DNA of 64,000 nt from Candidatus Kapaibacterium sp. (GTDB taxonomy: Bacteria > Bacteroidota > Ignavibacteria > Kapaibacteriales > UBA2268). Under the pieces are notes generated by a model. That model saw only the letters and a list, made by a program, of their open reading frames with translations, had not been told where the DNA came from and made no database searches. Location: NCBI GenBank assembly GCA_937927515.1, contig CALBDO010000003.1:67274-131273 (forward strand), given 5' to 3'. Numbering within the stretch: the stretch's first letter is position 1; each line of letters begins with the position of its first letter. Positions 18,213 to 27,461 of this stretch are shown here, one piece after another. The translations under genes and the position numbers were made by a program.

Positions 18213-18650
18213 TTATTTATGCGGTTGTAGTTTACCCAATTTCCGCGCTTTTATAACATCATCGCTACTGACCTGTACATCCATACTGTTTAGTTCACGA
18301 TAAACAAATTCTAAAATCATTGAAATATCTTCATTATTCAAAGTTGAGTCTATTTCTGTTGTCATTACACCGTAGTAAACTTCTCCATTTACAACTATTC
18401 TGCCACTTCTGCCAAAAAGCATACCCCGAAGCAATTCAATTTTATCACCCTTTTGCACATAATCAGAATTTTTCAAAGGCGGATAGACACCTTTGATACC
18501 TCTGCCATCCTTACGATGACATTTTGAACAATGTTCAATGAATAATTTCTTTGCTTTTTCTTTATTATATGAGAAAAGATTTAAATGAAAACCCAGAATA
18601 AGTAACACAACAAAAGAGTATAGAAAAAAGTATGAATGATATGATTTCAT
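18213..18650 (-). CDS. Monoheme class I cytochrome c
   Basis: HCSKCHRKDGRGIKGVYPPL...YYGVM (distal Met); start reassigned to ATG 18650. Confidence 0.9.
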   Translation of the reverse strand: MKSYHSYFFLYSFVVLLILGFHLNLFSYNKEKAKKLFIEHCSKCHRKDGRGIKGVYPPLKNSDYVQKGDKIELLRGMLFGRSGRIVVNGEVYYGVMTTEIDSTLNNEDISMILEFVYRELNSMDVQVSSDDVIKARKLGKLQPHK

Positions 18651-18654
18651 AAAT

Positions 18655-20508
18655 TTATTCAATGACAAACGATTTCTTGTATCTTCGTAGAATTTTTGTA
18701 GCATCTCTCTTTGCCTCGTCGATATATGAGTAGCCCCACAGAACAACTTTATATTTCAAATTATTGTTTAAATAAAGTCTATCGTAATATGCTCTAAACC
18801 CTTGCCTCTCCCAAAATTCAACTTTCTTCTCAGCAAGTTCCTCACTGGCAACAGTATCCACAACAATTGTAAAAGGTAAAAGCTCGGGCATAATCCAGCG
18901 TATTTCTACTCTTCGATTAAACAAAGACGATATATCATCATTTTCGTCTGTGTAAATAGGTTTACTAATACCTATACCCTTCACTAAAATTTGGTTTGGA
19001 GGCACACCACTGGAAATAAGCCTTGTACGAACTGCATTTGCACGGTCCAAAGACAATTTTAATGGTGAATAATATTGTTCCCTAATTCCAGCAGTTCCAA
19101 TGAGTTCAACTTGCAAATTTCTATGTGCTTTTAGAAGTTGTGCTAAATTGTTTAAGCAAACAGAAAATTCTTCCCCTATTGAAGTATCAGCAAAATTAAA
19201 TAGAGACACAGCTTGATAGTTCGTATAAAAAGTCCTCTCCTTTACAGGATAGGTAAACAAGTCGAAAAACTCCAACTGGTTTGATTGCAAAGTTAATTTA
19301 ATCTCCACATCATTGCACTCTAAAAACTGTCTACTTTTTTCGAAAACAATTGAAAAATAATACTTGTTAGACAGAATACATTCAATAATACCATTTCCCA
19401 CCTCTTGATTTTTCCAAGGAAAGTGGTAGAAATTACCATTTGTTTTGGAAGCTAAATAACGATAGGTCGATGGAGAAACTTCATTCCCTAAAGCAATAAC
19501 GTTAATAGGAGTATGAATTTTTTGGGACTTTTCGATAACATCCTCCAAAGTAAAGTTTATAGAGGAATTGTCCATACGATTAGTAATCAAGACTACTATA
19601 GAGTTGGATTGCGCTTCGATTTCATCCAAAATTAACCAGATGGAACGATATACTGAACTTAATTCATTCCTTATGGGCAAATCTATTGCTTGAAAATCAA
19701 AATAAAATTTATTTGCTCGTTCAAGTGGAATAATGTTTTGAAGTCCGACTCCAAAACAAAACAGAGCAACATTATCTTCAACATCAAGAAACTTAACTGC
19801 GTCGAGAATCTGTTGTTTAAGCTCTAAATCATCTTGGATGACCGAGTAATCAATCAAAAGATATACATTAAGTTTTTCATTAATATTGATATTCTTTGGA
19901 AAATGCTCGAAAGAGTTTCCAATAATTCTTTTTTGACATTTCTGCTCAATTCTAATTTTAAAATCAGAATGGTACTTGCTAAAATCGTAAACCATGTTGC
20001 CAAAATCGTCTAGAACACAAAAAATCAACTCCAAGCTGTCTTTGTTTTCTTGTTGGTTCAAACGGAACACTTTAACTTTAGATACATCCTTCAAAGAACC
20101 TGTTGTAAAGCCAGAGAGGAAGTTCGAGGGTTTAAAATTTTTTTGTTCAAAAATGTTTTCAATAAGACGTGGTCCAGTTTGGACCTTAGTTTTAACTTTC
20201 TGATTATGATTTTCACTGGAGTTAACTAAAACATAAACTGATTGCAAGAGCTGTTTACCATCATTTTTAAATGCAACTATGTCCAATCTAAGAGGCCTAT
20301 CTGGCTTGATGACAATTGAATCAATGGGTTTAAACTTTTCTGTATAACCTCCGACCATTACATAATCAGCATTTTTGAAGTTCCAAAAAACGACTGCACT
20401 ATCGCCGGACTCTAACTCGATTAAATTGGAGATTCTCTCTACTAAAATATTTTTTGTGGAACAAGAAAATAATACAATAACAATTGTTAGAACTAAATAC
20501 TTTCCCAT
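18655..20508 (-). CDS. Lipoprotein with vWA, OmpA-like and SPOR-like domains
   Basis: LFSC lipobox; vWA strands with degenerate MIDAS (IDYSVI); LSLDRANAV...NRRVEI; C-terminal YKVVLWGY. Confidence 0.7.
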   Translation of the reverse strand: MGKYLVLTIVIVLFSCSTKNILVERISNLIELESGDSAVVFWNFKNADYVMVGGYTEKFKPIDSIVIKPDRPLRLDIVAFKNDGKQLLQSVYVLVNSSENHNQKVKTKVQTGPRLIENIFEQKNFKPSNFLSGFTTGSLKDVSKVKVFRLNQQENKDSLELIFCVLDDFGNMVYDFSKYHSDFKIRIEQKCQKRIIGNSFEHFPKNININEKLNVYLLIDYSVIQDDLELKQQILDAVKFLDVEDNVALFCFGVGLQNIIPLERANKFYFDFQAIDLPIRNELSSVYRSIWLILDEIEAQSNSIVVLITNRMDNSSINFTLEDVIEKSQKIHTPINVIALGNEVSPSTYRYLASKTNGNFYHFPWKNQEVGNGIIECILSNKYYFSIVFEKSRQFLECNDVEIKLTLQSNQLEFFDLFTYPVKERTFYTNYQAVSLFNFADTSIGEEFSVCLNNLAQLLKAHRNLQVELIGTAGIREQYYSPLKLSLDRANAVRTRLISSGVPPNQILVKGIGISKPIYTDENDDISSLFNRRVEIRWIMPELLPFTIVVDTVASEELAEKKVEFWERQGFRAYYDRLYLNNNLKYKVVLWGYSYIDEAKRDATKILRRYKKSFVIE

Positions 20509-20511
20509 ATT

Positions 20512-21831
20512 CTATAATTTAGTGAAGATTAATTCACCATTATGAGAGTCGATTAGAACCTTGTCACCAGGAGAGAATTTTCCTTCCAAAATTAACAGAG
20601 CAAGCTTATCGGCTATGTGTTTTTGAATTGCTCTTTTTAGTGGTCTTGCACCGAATTGCGGGTCGAAACCGATGTTTGAAATCAAATCTAGCGCTTCTGG
20701 GCTAATTTCGGTCTCTATCCCGCTTTCCTTCAATTTTTTCTTGATTCGTTCGAGTTGTAATTGGGTAATTTTAACAATATCTTCCTTTGTAAGTGGTTTA
20801 AAAAGGATAATATCATCTATTCTATTCAAAAACTCGGGACGCAATCTTTTCTTTAATAAATCAAAAATCTCATCTTTCAGTCTTTCAATGATAATGTCTC
20901 TATTCGATGAATTGAGCATTTCAAGTTTTTCTTGAATAAGCTCGGTACCAAGATTGGATGTCATTATAACAATGGTGTTTTTAAAATTAACAACTCTTCC
21001 CTTACTGTCTGTTAGCCTCCCGTCGTCCAGTACCTGCAAAAGAATATTGAACACATCTGGATGTGCCTTTTCTATCTCATCAAGTAGAACAACAGAATAT
21101 GGTCGACGACGAACTGCCTCGGTCAACTGGCCACCTTCCTCGTACCCAACATAACCAGGAGGAGCTCCCACAAGGCGAGAAACAGAGAACTTTTCCATAT
21201 ATTCGCTCATATCGATTCGCACCATGGCATTTTCATCGTCAAAAAGGAATTCTGCAAGTGCTCTTGCCAGTTCCGTTTTCCCTACCCCAGTGCTGCCTAA
21301 AAAAATGAAGGAGCCAATAGGCCTATTGACGTCCTGTAAACCTACACGAGACCTACGAATGGCATTAGCAACAGATTGAACAGCTTCTTCTTGGTCGACA
21401 AGTCGTTGATGGATTCTTTCTTCCATTTTTAAAAGCTTTGTCCTTTCGCTTTCAAGCATTTTCTGAACTGGTATACCGGTCCATTTAGAAACAACCTCGG
21501 CTATATCCTCTGCGTCTACTTCTTCTTTTAGAAGTTTGCCATCCTTTTGTACCTCTTGCAATTTTTCATTGACTTCGTTCAATTTTTTGTTGAGTTCATG
21601 TATAAGGCCATACCTTATTTCAGCAACTTTGGTTAGATTGCCCTGCCTCTCATACTCATCTGCTTGAAGTCTTAAATTTTCTATTTGCGCTTTATAATCT
21701 CGAATTTGTTGGATTAAATTTTTCTCAAGCTCCCATCTATTACGAAGAGCCTCTCTCTTCTGTTTTAACTCTTCAAGCTCTTGTTCGATTTCATTTAATC
21801 TTTCTTTTGTTGCTTTAATTGACTCATCCAT
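20512..21831 (-). CDS. clpB: C-terminal half of ClpB (M-domain helix 2 onward plus NBD2); no N-domain or NBD1
   Basis: AEIRYG, IAEVVSKWTGIPV, GSTGVGKT, GAPPGYVGYEEGG, LLDEIEKAH, GARPLKR; in-frame TAA 8 codons upstream of ATG 21831; unrelated gene and terminator upstream. Confidence 0.9.
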   Translation of the reverse strand: MDESIKATKERLNEIEQELEELKQKREALRNRWELEKNLIQQIRDYKAQIENLRLQADEYERQGNLTKVAEIRYGLIHELNKKLNEVNEKLQEVQKDGKLLKEEVDAEDIAEVVSKWTGIPVQKMLESERTKLLKMEERIHQRLVDQEEAVQSVANAIRRSRVGLQDVNRPIGSFIFLGSTGVGKTELARALAEFLFDDENAMVRIDMSEYMEKFSVSRLVGAPPGYVGYEEGGQLTEAVRRRPYSVVLLDEIEKAHPDVFNILLQVLDDGRLTDSKGRVVNFKNTIVIMTSNLGTELIQEKLEMLNSSNRDIIIERLKDEIFDLLKKRLRPEFLNRIDDIILFKPLTKEDIVKITQLQLERIKKKLKESGIETEISPEALDLISNIGFDPQFGARPLKRAIQKHIADKLALLILEGKFSPGDKVLIDSHNGELIFTKL

Positions 21832-21960
21832 AGAATTTTTACCATTCGATAATTATTTAAAAGTTAAATTTAATCAAAAAAAACCACATATATTTAATTT
21901 GAAAACATAAATAATGGCATTTAAAATTCGCAGCTAAAACTTAAATTTACATCAAATAAA

Positions 21961-21986
21961 AAAGAAGAGGAAAGTTCCTCTTCTTT
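21961..21986 (-). terminator. Intrinsic terminator hairpin
   Basis: AAAGAAGAGGAA-AG-TTCCTCTTCTTT with flanking A/T runs, downstream of 22033..22707. Confidence 0.8.
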
Positions 21987-22032
21987 AATCAAACAAAAAC
22001 TTTAAATATTAAAAAATCTAAGGCTTAAAAAG

Positions 22033-22707
22033 TTAATTTTCCTCTAAGTTTATTTTTTGTCCATTTTCCAGTTCAATATAAACGGGTCTCCATGAAACAA
22101 AAATTTGATTTGGCGATTCTTTCAGCGCTTTTATCAAAAGTTCTTCATTTCTATTCCCTTGCTCAAAACGAAATGTTGATTGGAATTGAGTGAATTGACC
22201 CGCAGGTATCGCCTGGTCAATATTTATTCTATACGCCCTAATGAGCTGATTATTAGATGTAGAAAATTGAAGAAACCCACTTATTTTGTTAATATTGACT
22301 TTTGAAATATTTGAAATCGTATAGGTAAAAACATTAAACTGCGTTCCATTGATATCAATAGGCTTCCAACCATCATATCTAAATCTCGAATGCGCTACTA
22401 TTGCATTAGTAACAAGATTGATGAATCCTTGTCTACGGCGATTTAATCTCTCTTGCTCAATGATTTGCTTGACAGATTTGTTGTACAAAGAATCGACAAA
22501 ATTACTATATCGAGCAATGGCAGTACTGAAAAGGTCGAGTTCTTCAAGGGTAAAAAGAGAGTCTTTCTTCACTTTTTCAATAAGACTGAAAAAATTCTGT
22601 TCTGTTACCTTTTCATTAAGAAGTTTCGAAGATTTTTTCTTCTCGCAACCAACAAAAATCAAAACAATGAAGAAAAACGCAAAAAGAGAAATACGAAAAT
22701 ATTTCAT
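22033..22707 (-). CDS. Hypothetical lipoprotein
   Basis: IFVGC lipobox, SD GGAGG, Ig-like C-terminal region. Confidence 0.7.
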   Translation of the reverse strand: MKYFRISLFAFFFIVLIFVGCEKKKSSKLLNEKVTEQNFFSLIEKVKKDSLFTLEELDLFSTAIARYSNFVDSLYNKSVKQIIEQERLNRRRQGFINLVTNAIVAHSRFRYDGWKPIDINGTQFNVFTYTISNISKVNINKISGFLQFSTSNNQLIRAYRINIDQAIPAGQFTQFQSTFRFEQGNRNEELLIKALKESPNQIFVSWRPVYIELENGQKINLEEN

Positions 22708-22754
22708 AAAACCTCCAATTAAAAAAACACTAACTTAACAATTTTGAAGAAAAT

Positions 22755-23657
22755 TTAATTCTTAAAAAACAAAGCTTTAAAAATATGTCCAGCAATATCT
22801 GGATTCTCTTTCAATCTACGCGTAGAATAGCCGTACCAATCTTTACCAAAAGGTACATATACACGCAATCGATGGCCGTTGCGAAGCAATTCATTCCTTC
22901 TATCTTCTCTAACACCAAGAAGCATCTGAAATTCGTAATCTTTTCGATTCAAATTATACTTTTGGATGATTTCCAATGCAAATTTGATTAAAACCTCATC
23001 ATGGGTTGCTATTGCGGGATACAACCCTAATTCAAATATTAGCTGCAGAAGCTTTTTATAGTTATTACGAATTCCCTCTTTATCTTGAATCGCAATAGAA
23101 GGCGATTCACGATAAATTCCTTTGCATAAACGAATCGATGGCTTGTATGAAGCAAGTTTCCTAATATCGTTTTCACTGCGATATAAATACGCTTGGATAA
23201 CTATACCAACATTTTGAAATCCCTCGCTTCTCAATTTCTTAAAAATTTCGAAGGTTTTGTCGGTATAGGGTGAATTCTCCATATCTAAACGAACAAAAAG
23301 TCCAAAGCTGTTTGCTTTTTCTACAAGCATTTTAATGTTGGAATAAGCAAAATCGAAATCAATCCCCAAACCGAGAGAAGTAGGTTTTACAGAAAGATAA
23401 GATTCAAGTTGATTTTCATTAATTGCATCAAGGACAATTGAGCACATTTGCCTTTCGTGCAAAGCCATTTCTTTGGTTGTAACAAATTCACCCAAAACAT
23501 CGATTGTCGACATTCCTCCAAGAGCCATCAAATCCTTTGTTACACGTACTGCATCCTCTAATGTCTCGCCAGCAATATAACGGCTCGATATTTTTCGAAT
23601 TATACTCTTTGGAACTAATGGCATTGTTCTAATAATAAGCTGATTTAACCACTCCAT
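22755..23657 (-). CDS. putB: Monofunctional proline dehydrogenase
   Basis: RYIAGE, DVLGE, RLDMENS, QAYLYRS, RLCKGIY, IATHD, FQMLLG, YVPFG...RRLKENP. Confidence 0.93.
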   Translation of the reverse strand: MEWLNQLIIRTMPLVPKSIIRKISSRYIAGETLEDAVRVTKDLMALGGMSTIDVLGEFVTTKEMALHERQMCSIVLDAINENQLESYLSVKPTSLGLGIDFDFAYSNIKMLVEKANSFGLFVRLDMENSPYTDKTFEIFKKLRSEGFQNVGIVIQAYLYRSENDIRKLASYKPSIRLCKGIYRESPSIAIQDKEGIRNNYKKLLQLIFELGLYPAIATHDEVLIKFALEIIQKYNLNRKDYEFQMLLGVREDRRNELLRNGHRLRVYVPFGKDWYGYSTRRLKENPDIAGHIFKALFFKN

Positions 23658-23675
23658 GATTTACCTACTATTTTC

Positions 23676-23711
23676 AAAAAAGTAAAGATGCAATTTATTG
23701 CATCTTTACTT
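23676..23711 (-). terminator. Intrinsic terminator hairpin
   Basis: AAGTAAAGATGCAAT-TT-ATTGCATCTTTACTT inverted repeat, T-run on minus strand, 24 nt after the peptidase stop. Confidence 0.75.
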
Positions 23712-23734
23712 CAAATTTACAAGTAATATAGTTT

Positions 23735-26227
23735 TTATTTTATAATAACAGTCGAAAATGTTTTTATTCGTCCATCAAAATTTAAAATTACAAAAAATAC
23801 CCCTTGTACAATGTTCGAAAGTTTAATCGTTTTACAATTATTTTCCAGGGAATTTGGATTTAATGTCTCAGAATATATGATATTACCCAATACGTCCGAA
23901 ATATACATTGGGGTCGAAGGTAAAAATTCGGTATTTGCAAACTCGATCCGGAGTAGATTCTCATCAGTCTTATACTCTACATTTTTCACGAGTTCATTTA
24001 CAGAAAAGTTTTTATCGACAATGCCACCTATTGCTTGGCAAGAATCGATTACAAAAACATTATCGCTAACATCGATAGATACATCAGTAAAAGTGGGCTT
24101 AATTCTAACTAAGCATTCGTTAGAAGTTTTGTTTGGTACTTTCCACACATATTTACCAATTTTTGCATCAAGATTTCCAAGTGTAATTCTTTTCCAAGAC
24201 TTACCATTGTCGACAGAGTATTCTAAAACAATTTTATTCACATACTTTGTTGTCCATTTTATTGCATAAGCAGCACCCATACAAAAAACTTCACCACCAT
24301 TTGGAAAAATGATACTTCCAGTAGGGTTTCCAATTTTAAACAAAGGGCTTTCAGCAACAATCTTGCCATCCAATGATGTAACTTTGAATTTGCATTCATC
24401 AGAATTAATGGATGGTGCAATTAGTTCATAATAATTTTGTATCATATTTGATGCTAAAACACTGTAATTTTTACCACCATCTTGGGAGAAATACAAATTA
24501 AAAGTATCAACAAGAGTTGCGTTCCAAGAAATATTAATAGTCTCGCCAACTGCAAATTCTTCGTTCTCTGTGGGGGTTGTAATCTGCAAAGTTCTGGACT
24601 TAATTGAAAATGTTTTTAAAGAAGTATCTGCAACATTTGGATTACTTTTGTCCCTAATATAGATTAATGCTTTGGTTGTATTGATAAATGGTAAGTTCCA
24701 CAAATATACAGAATCTGGGGCAGGCACATTATCAGCTATTATCGACCAAGTAGCTCCTTTATCTGATGAAAAGAAAATGGTTAGGTAATTTACATTTGCA
24801 GAAGTCCAACGAATAGGAAGGATTTCGCCAGAAACATAAGTTTTGTCGCCAAGTGGATTTAGCAGGGATATGTATGGGGCACTTACCTGTGATACGCATT
24901 TTGAACGCTCGGCTGCGGTTCGAGCAAGAGGAAGTTCTCGGGGATGAAAAATTAATTGCACAGAGTGAGTGGGATTTGTCAAATGGCAATAGCTCATAAT
25001 AGTACCAGGTCTGGGTACAGGCTGACCTGTCTTGATACAAGCATCTCCCACACCGTAGGTCTCGCCAGTTACACAAGTATCAATCATATTGGGCTGCCAG
25101 TAGCAATTGTGTGTATGAGGTAAAGAGAAATTATGACCAATTTCGTGTGTTGCAACATTCACATCCCACGTGTAATTCAGCGTAGGATAGGTAGCATTAC
25201 CTCTGATACCGAGAACACAATATCCCCAGTCTTTACTACAAAGGCTTCCATAATATGGAGTTCCTCCAAATGAAATTCCAGCAACTGTCTCATTTGCTGG
25301 TTGACTTGCTAAATTAGCAAACAGGACGGTCAAAGCTCGGTCTATAGATTTATTGCGCCAGATACTTGGCATTTTTTGCAACTTTTCAGATAGATTTTTG
25401 GTTCCATAATAAGGGTCGTCCCATTCGTCTTCCCAAACAACCGCATAACCAATGTATAATCGTACATTAAAAAACTCCTGATAAATTTTCGATGATTGGG
25501 CAATTACGGCAGTCATATATGCAAGTGCTTTTTTCGAATCTCCAAATATTTTAAAGAAATCATTGGTTCCTTCGCAAGCGAGTCTTACCTCGAGTAAAGG
25601 TTTCTTTGCTAATGGAACATCTTGGTCCTTATAAAACTTTATCAAATCTTCGGCTTCAGTTGATTTTCCAACATAGTCTTCAGTTAGACATTTAAAAATA
25701 TTCTCCTCATTCAACACAATCGCATTTGCATCAAGCAAGATGTGTTCATTTATTTTTGAGTGCATGTTTGGCGTAATTGAATATATTACACCGTCGGATT
25801 CTTGAATAGTTCCAAGTATCCCAAATTCTGTAACAGTTAAGAAAACAAAAGAGTTTTCAAGCCCAACAATTTTTCCAGATAAAACCATCAATGTTGGGGC
25901 TTTGGTTTTGACAAGAGAACCTTTCTTGCCGACATAAAATTCTGTATTTTGGTCAAAAGGCATCATTGCTCTTTCAAGTTTTAAATCCACTGTTTTAGAA
26001 TTAAATAAAGGAAATTGCTTAAAAACAATATGTTCGTAATCAGAAGTAAATATCTCTCTTAGAACAGTGAGATTTACTTCAAAAACGAAACCTTGAGCAT
26101 TTCCAAGTAACATTTCAAATTTTCCATTTCTAATGAAAAAATTTGAATCAATAATTAAATCTCTTGCTAACGATGAATAGGAGACAATGATTAAAGCCAC
26201 AAAATAGGAGATTAATTTCAATTTCAT
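23735..26227 (-). CDS. Secreted M12B/reprolysin-like zinc metallopeptidase with Ig-like repeats and T9SS-like C-terminal domain
   Basis: HEIGHNFSLPH, Met-turn GTIMSYCH, three P-x-GGE-type beta-sandwich repeats, CTD-like ISDVLGN...GVFFV. Confidence 0.85.
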   Translation of the reverse strand: MKLKLISYFVALIIVSYSSLARDLIIDSNFFIRNGKFEMLLGNAQGFVFEVNLTVLREIFTSDYEHIVFKQFPLFNSKTVDLKLERAMMPFDQNTEFYVGKKGSLVKTKAPTLMVLSGKIVGLENSFVFLTVTEFGILGTIQESDGVIYSITPNMHSKINEHILLDANAIVLNEENIFKCLTEDYVGKSTEAEDLIKFYKDQDVPLAKKPLLEVRLACEGTNDFFKIFGDSKKALAYMTAVIAQSSKIYQEFFNVRLYIGYAVVWEDEWDDPYYGTKNLSEKLQKMPSIWRNKSIDRALTVLFANLASQPANETVAGISFGGTPYYGSLCSKDWGYCVLGIRGNATYPTLNYTWDVNVATHEIGHNFSLPHTHNCYWQPNMIDTCVTGETYGVGDACIKTGQPVPRPGTIMSYCHLTNPTHSVQLIFHPRELPLARTAAERSKCVSQVSAPYISLLNPLGDKTYVSGEILPIRWTSANVNYLTIFFSSDKGATWSIIADNVPAPDSVYLWNLPFINTTKALIYIRDKSNPNVADTSLKTFSIKSRTLQITTPTENEEFAVGETINISWNATLVDTFNLYFSQDGGKNYSVLASNMIQNYYELIAPSINSDECKFKVTSLDGKIVAESPLFKIGNPTGSIIFPNGGEVFCMGAAYAIKWTTKYVNKIVLEYSVDNGKSWKRITLGNLDAKIGKYVWKVPNKTSNECLVRIKPTFTDVSIDVSDNVFVIDSCQAIGGIVDKNFSVNELVKNVEYKTDENLLRIEFANTEFLPSTPMYISDVLGNIIYSETLNPNSLENNCKTIKLSNIVQGVFFVILNFDGRIKTFSTVIIK

Positions 26228-26290
26228 TTTTAGTTCCAAAACATTTGACAAAAGACAAATAAACAAAACATCAACAAAAAAGTTACAACT

Positions 26291-26971
26291 TCATTTTGGT
26301 ATGACGACAGAATTCATTCTTCCTTGTATGAATTCGACTCTTTTCTCAATATACGGTGTTGGTGCATTCGGAGACCATCTTCGAGGATTAGGCAAAACGG
26401 CAGCAAGTAATGCAGCTTCGCGTCGAGTTAAATCTTTTGCATCCTTGTGGAAAAAATATTCCGATGCAGCCTGTACTCCATAGATGCCTTTACCAAATTC
26501 AATTATATTAACATAGACTTCCAATATCCTTTTTTTGCCCCAAATTAATTCTATCAAGACAGTAAAGTAAGCTTCCAAAGCTTTGCGAACATAATTTCTA
26601 CCGTGCCATAAGAATGCATTCTTTGCGGTCTGCATCGAAATCGTAGAAGCACCACGAAGTCTTTTCCCTTTTCTGGATTCATTATATCTTTTGGCAGCCT
26701 CTATTGCATCCCAGTCAAAGCCATTATGGTTCATAAACCTAGCATCTTCGGCAGAGACTACAGCTCGAAATAGGTTCACTGATATTTCTTCGTACGACAC
26801 CCACCGTTTTCGGATTCCAATGTTCTCACCTTCGAACCAACCTTCGAAAACCCTTAAAATCATTATTGGAGTGAAAGGAGGTGGAATAAATTTATAGACA
26901 ATTACAACCAAAATGCTCGAAGATAAAAAGAACAGAATAAGTTTGGCAAAATACTTAAATAGCCTTTTCAT
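26291..26971 (-). CDS. mtgA: Monofunctional biosynthetic peptidoglycan transglycosylase
   Basis: AEDARF, RGASTISMQTAKN, RKALEAY, KRILEVYVN. Confidence 0.95.
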   Translation of the reverse strand: MKRLFKYFAKLILFFLSSSILVVIVYKFIPPPFTPIMILRVFEGWFEGENIGIRKRWVSYEEISVNLFRAVVSAEDARFMNHNGFDWDAIEAAKRYNESRKGKRLRGASTISMQTAKNAFLWHGRNYVRKALEAYFTVLIELIWGKKRILEVYVNIIEFGKGIYGVQAASEYFFHKDAKDLTRREAALLAAVLPNPRRWSPNAPTPYIEKRVEFIQGRMNSVVIPK

Positions 26972-26975
26972 ATTG

Positions 26976-27458
26976 TTATTTATCAGGTGCAGCTAACCCC
27001 TTTGCTTTGATAAGCGAATCATACCGCATCCCATCCACGATGGTAATACGAAGGAGTCTACCATATATATCGAGATTTGGCTCTTTGTAATCTCTTAAGA
27101 GCTCCACTTTTTTATTTAACAAAGTTTTTTTAGCAAAATTTTTGGCTTCCAAACCCAAAGCCAGAGCAGAATCAATTGATATTCCAGCTCTCGATGCTTG
27201 CTCTGCTAATCTTGTGCCTTTTGTCACCTCGAAACAATCTACATGCAACACTCTAACTTTCCACTTTTGGTTATTATAATAAATGGAAAAAGTATCCCCA
27301 TCTGAAATATCAATAACCGTAGTTTGCATCCATGGCTCTGTGGGCGTATTAGGGTCTGTAACTGGATTAGGATTTTCACTACATCTACTTAAAAGTATAA
27401 GTAAAACTACCAAAAGTGTTAATTTAATAACAAAAACATACTTTTGAACCAATTCCAT
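26976..27458 (-). CDS. Thermonuclease (SNase-like) lipoprotein
   Basis: LSRC lipobox, SDGDTF, VRVLHVDCFE, DIYGRLL. Confidence 0.85.
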   Translation of the reverse strand: MELVQKYVFVIKLTLLVVLLILLSRCSENPNPVTDPNTPTEPWMQTTVIDISDGDTFSIYYNNQKWKVRVLHVDCFEVTKGTRLAEQASRAGISIDSALALGLEAKNFAKKTLLNKKVELLRDYKEPNLDIYGRLLRITIVDGMRYDSLIKAKGLAAPDK

Positions 27459-27461
27459 AGC

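Noticed and set aside
21915..21931. TGGCATTTAAAATTCGC, resembling the arrA sigma54 promoter
   Set aside because: GG to GC spacing is 12 rather than 10, and it points away from half-clpB into a terminator
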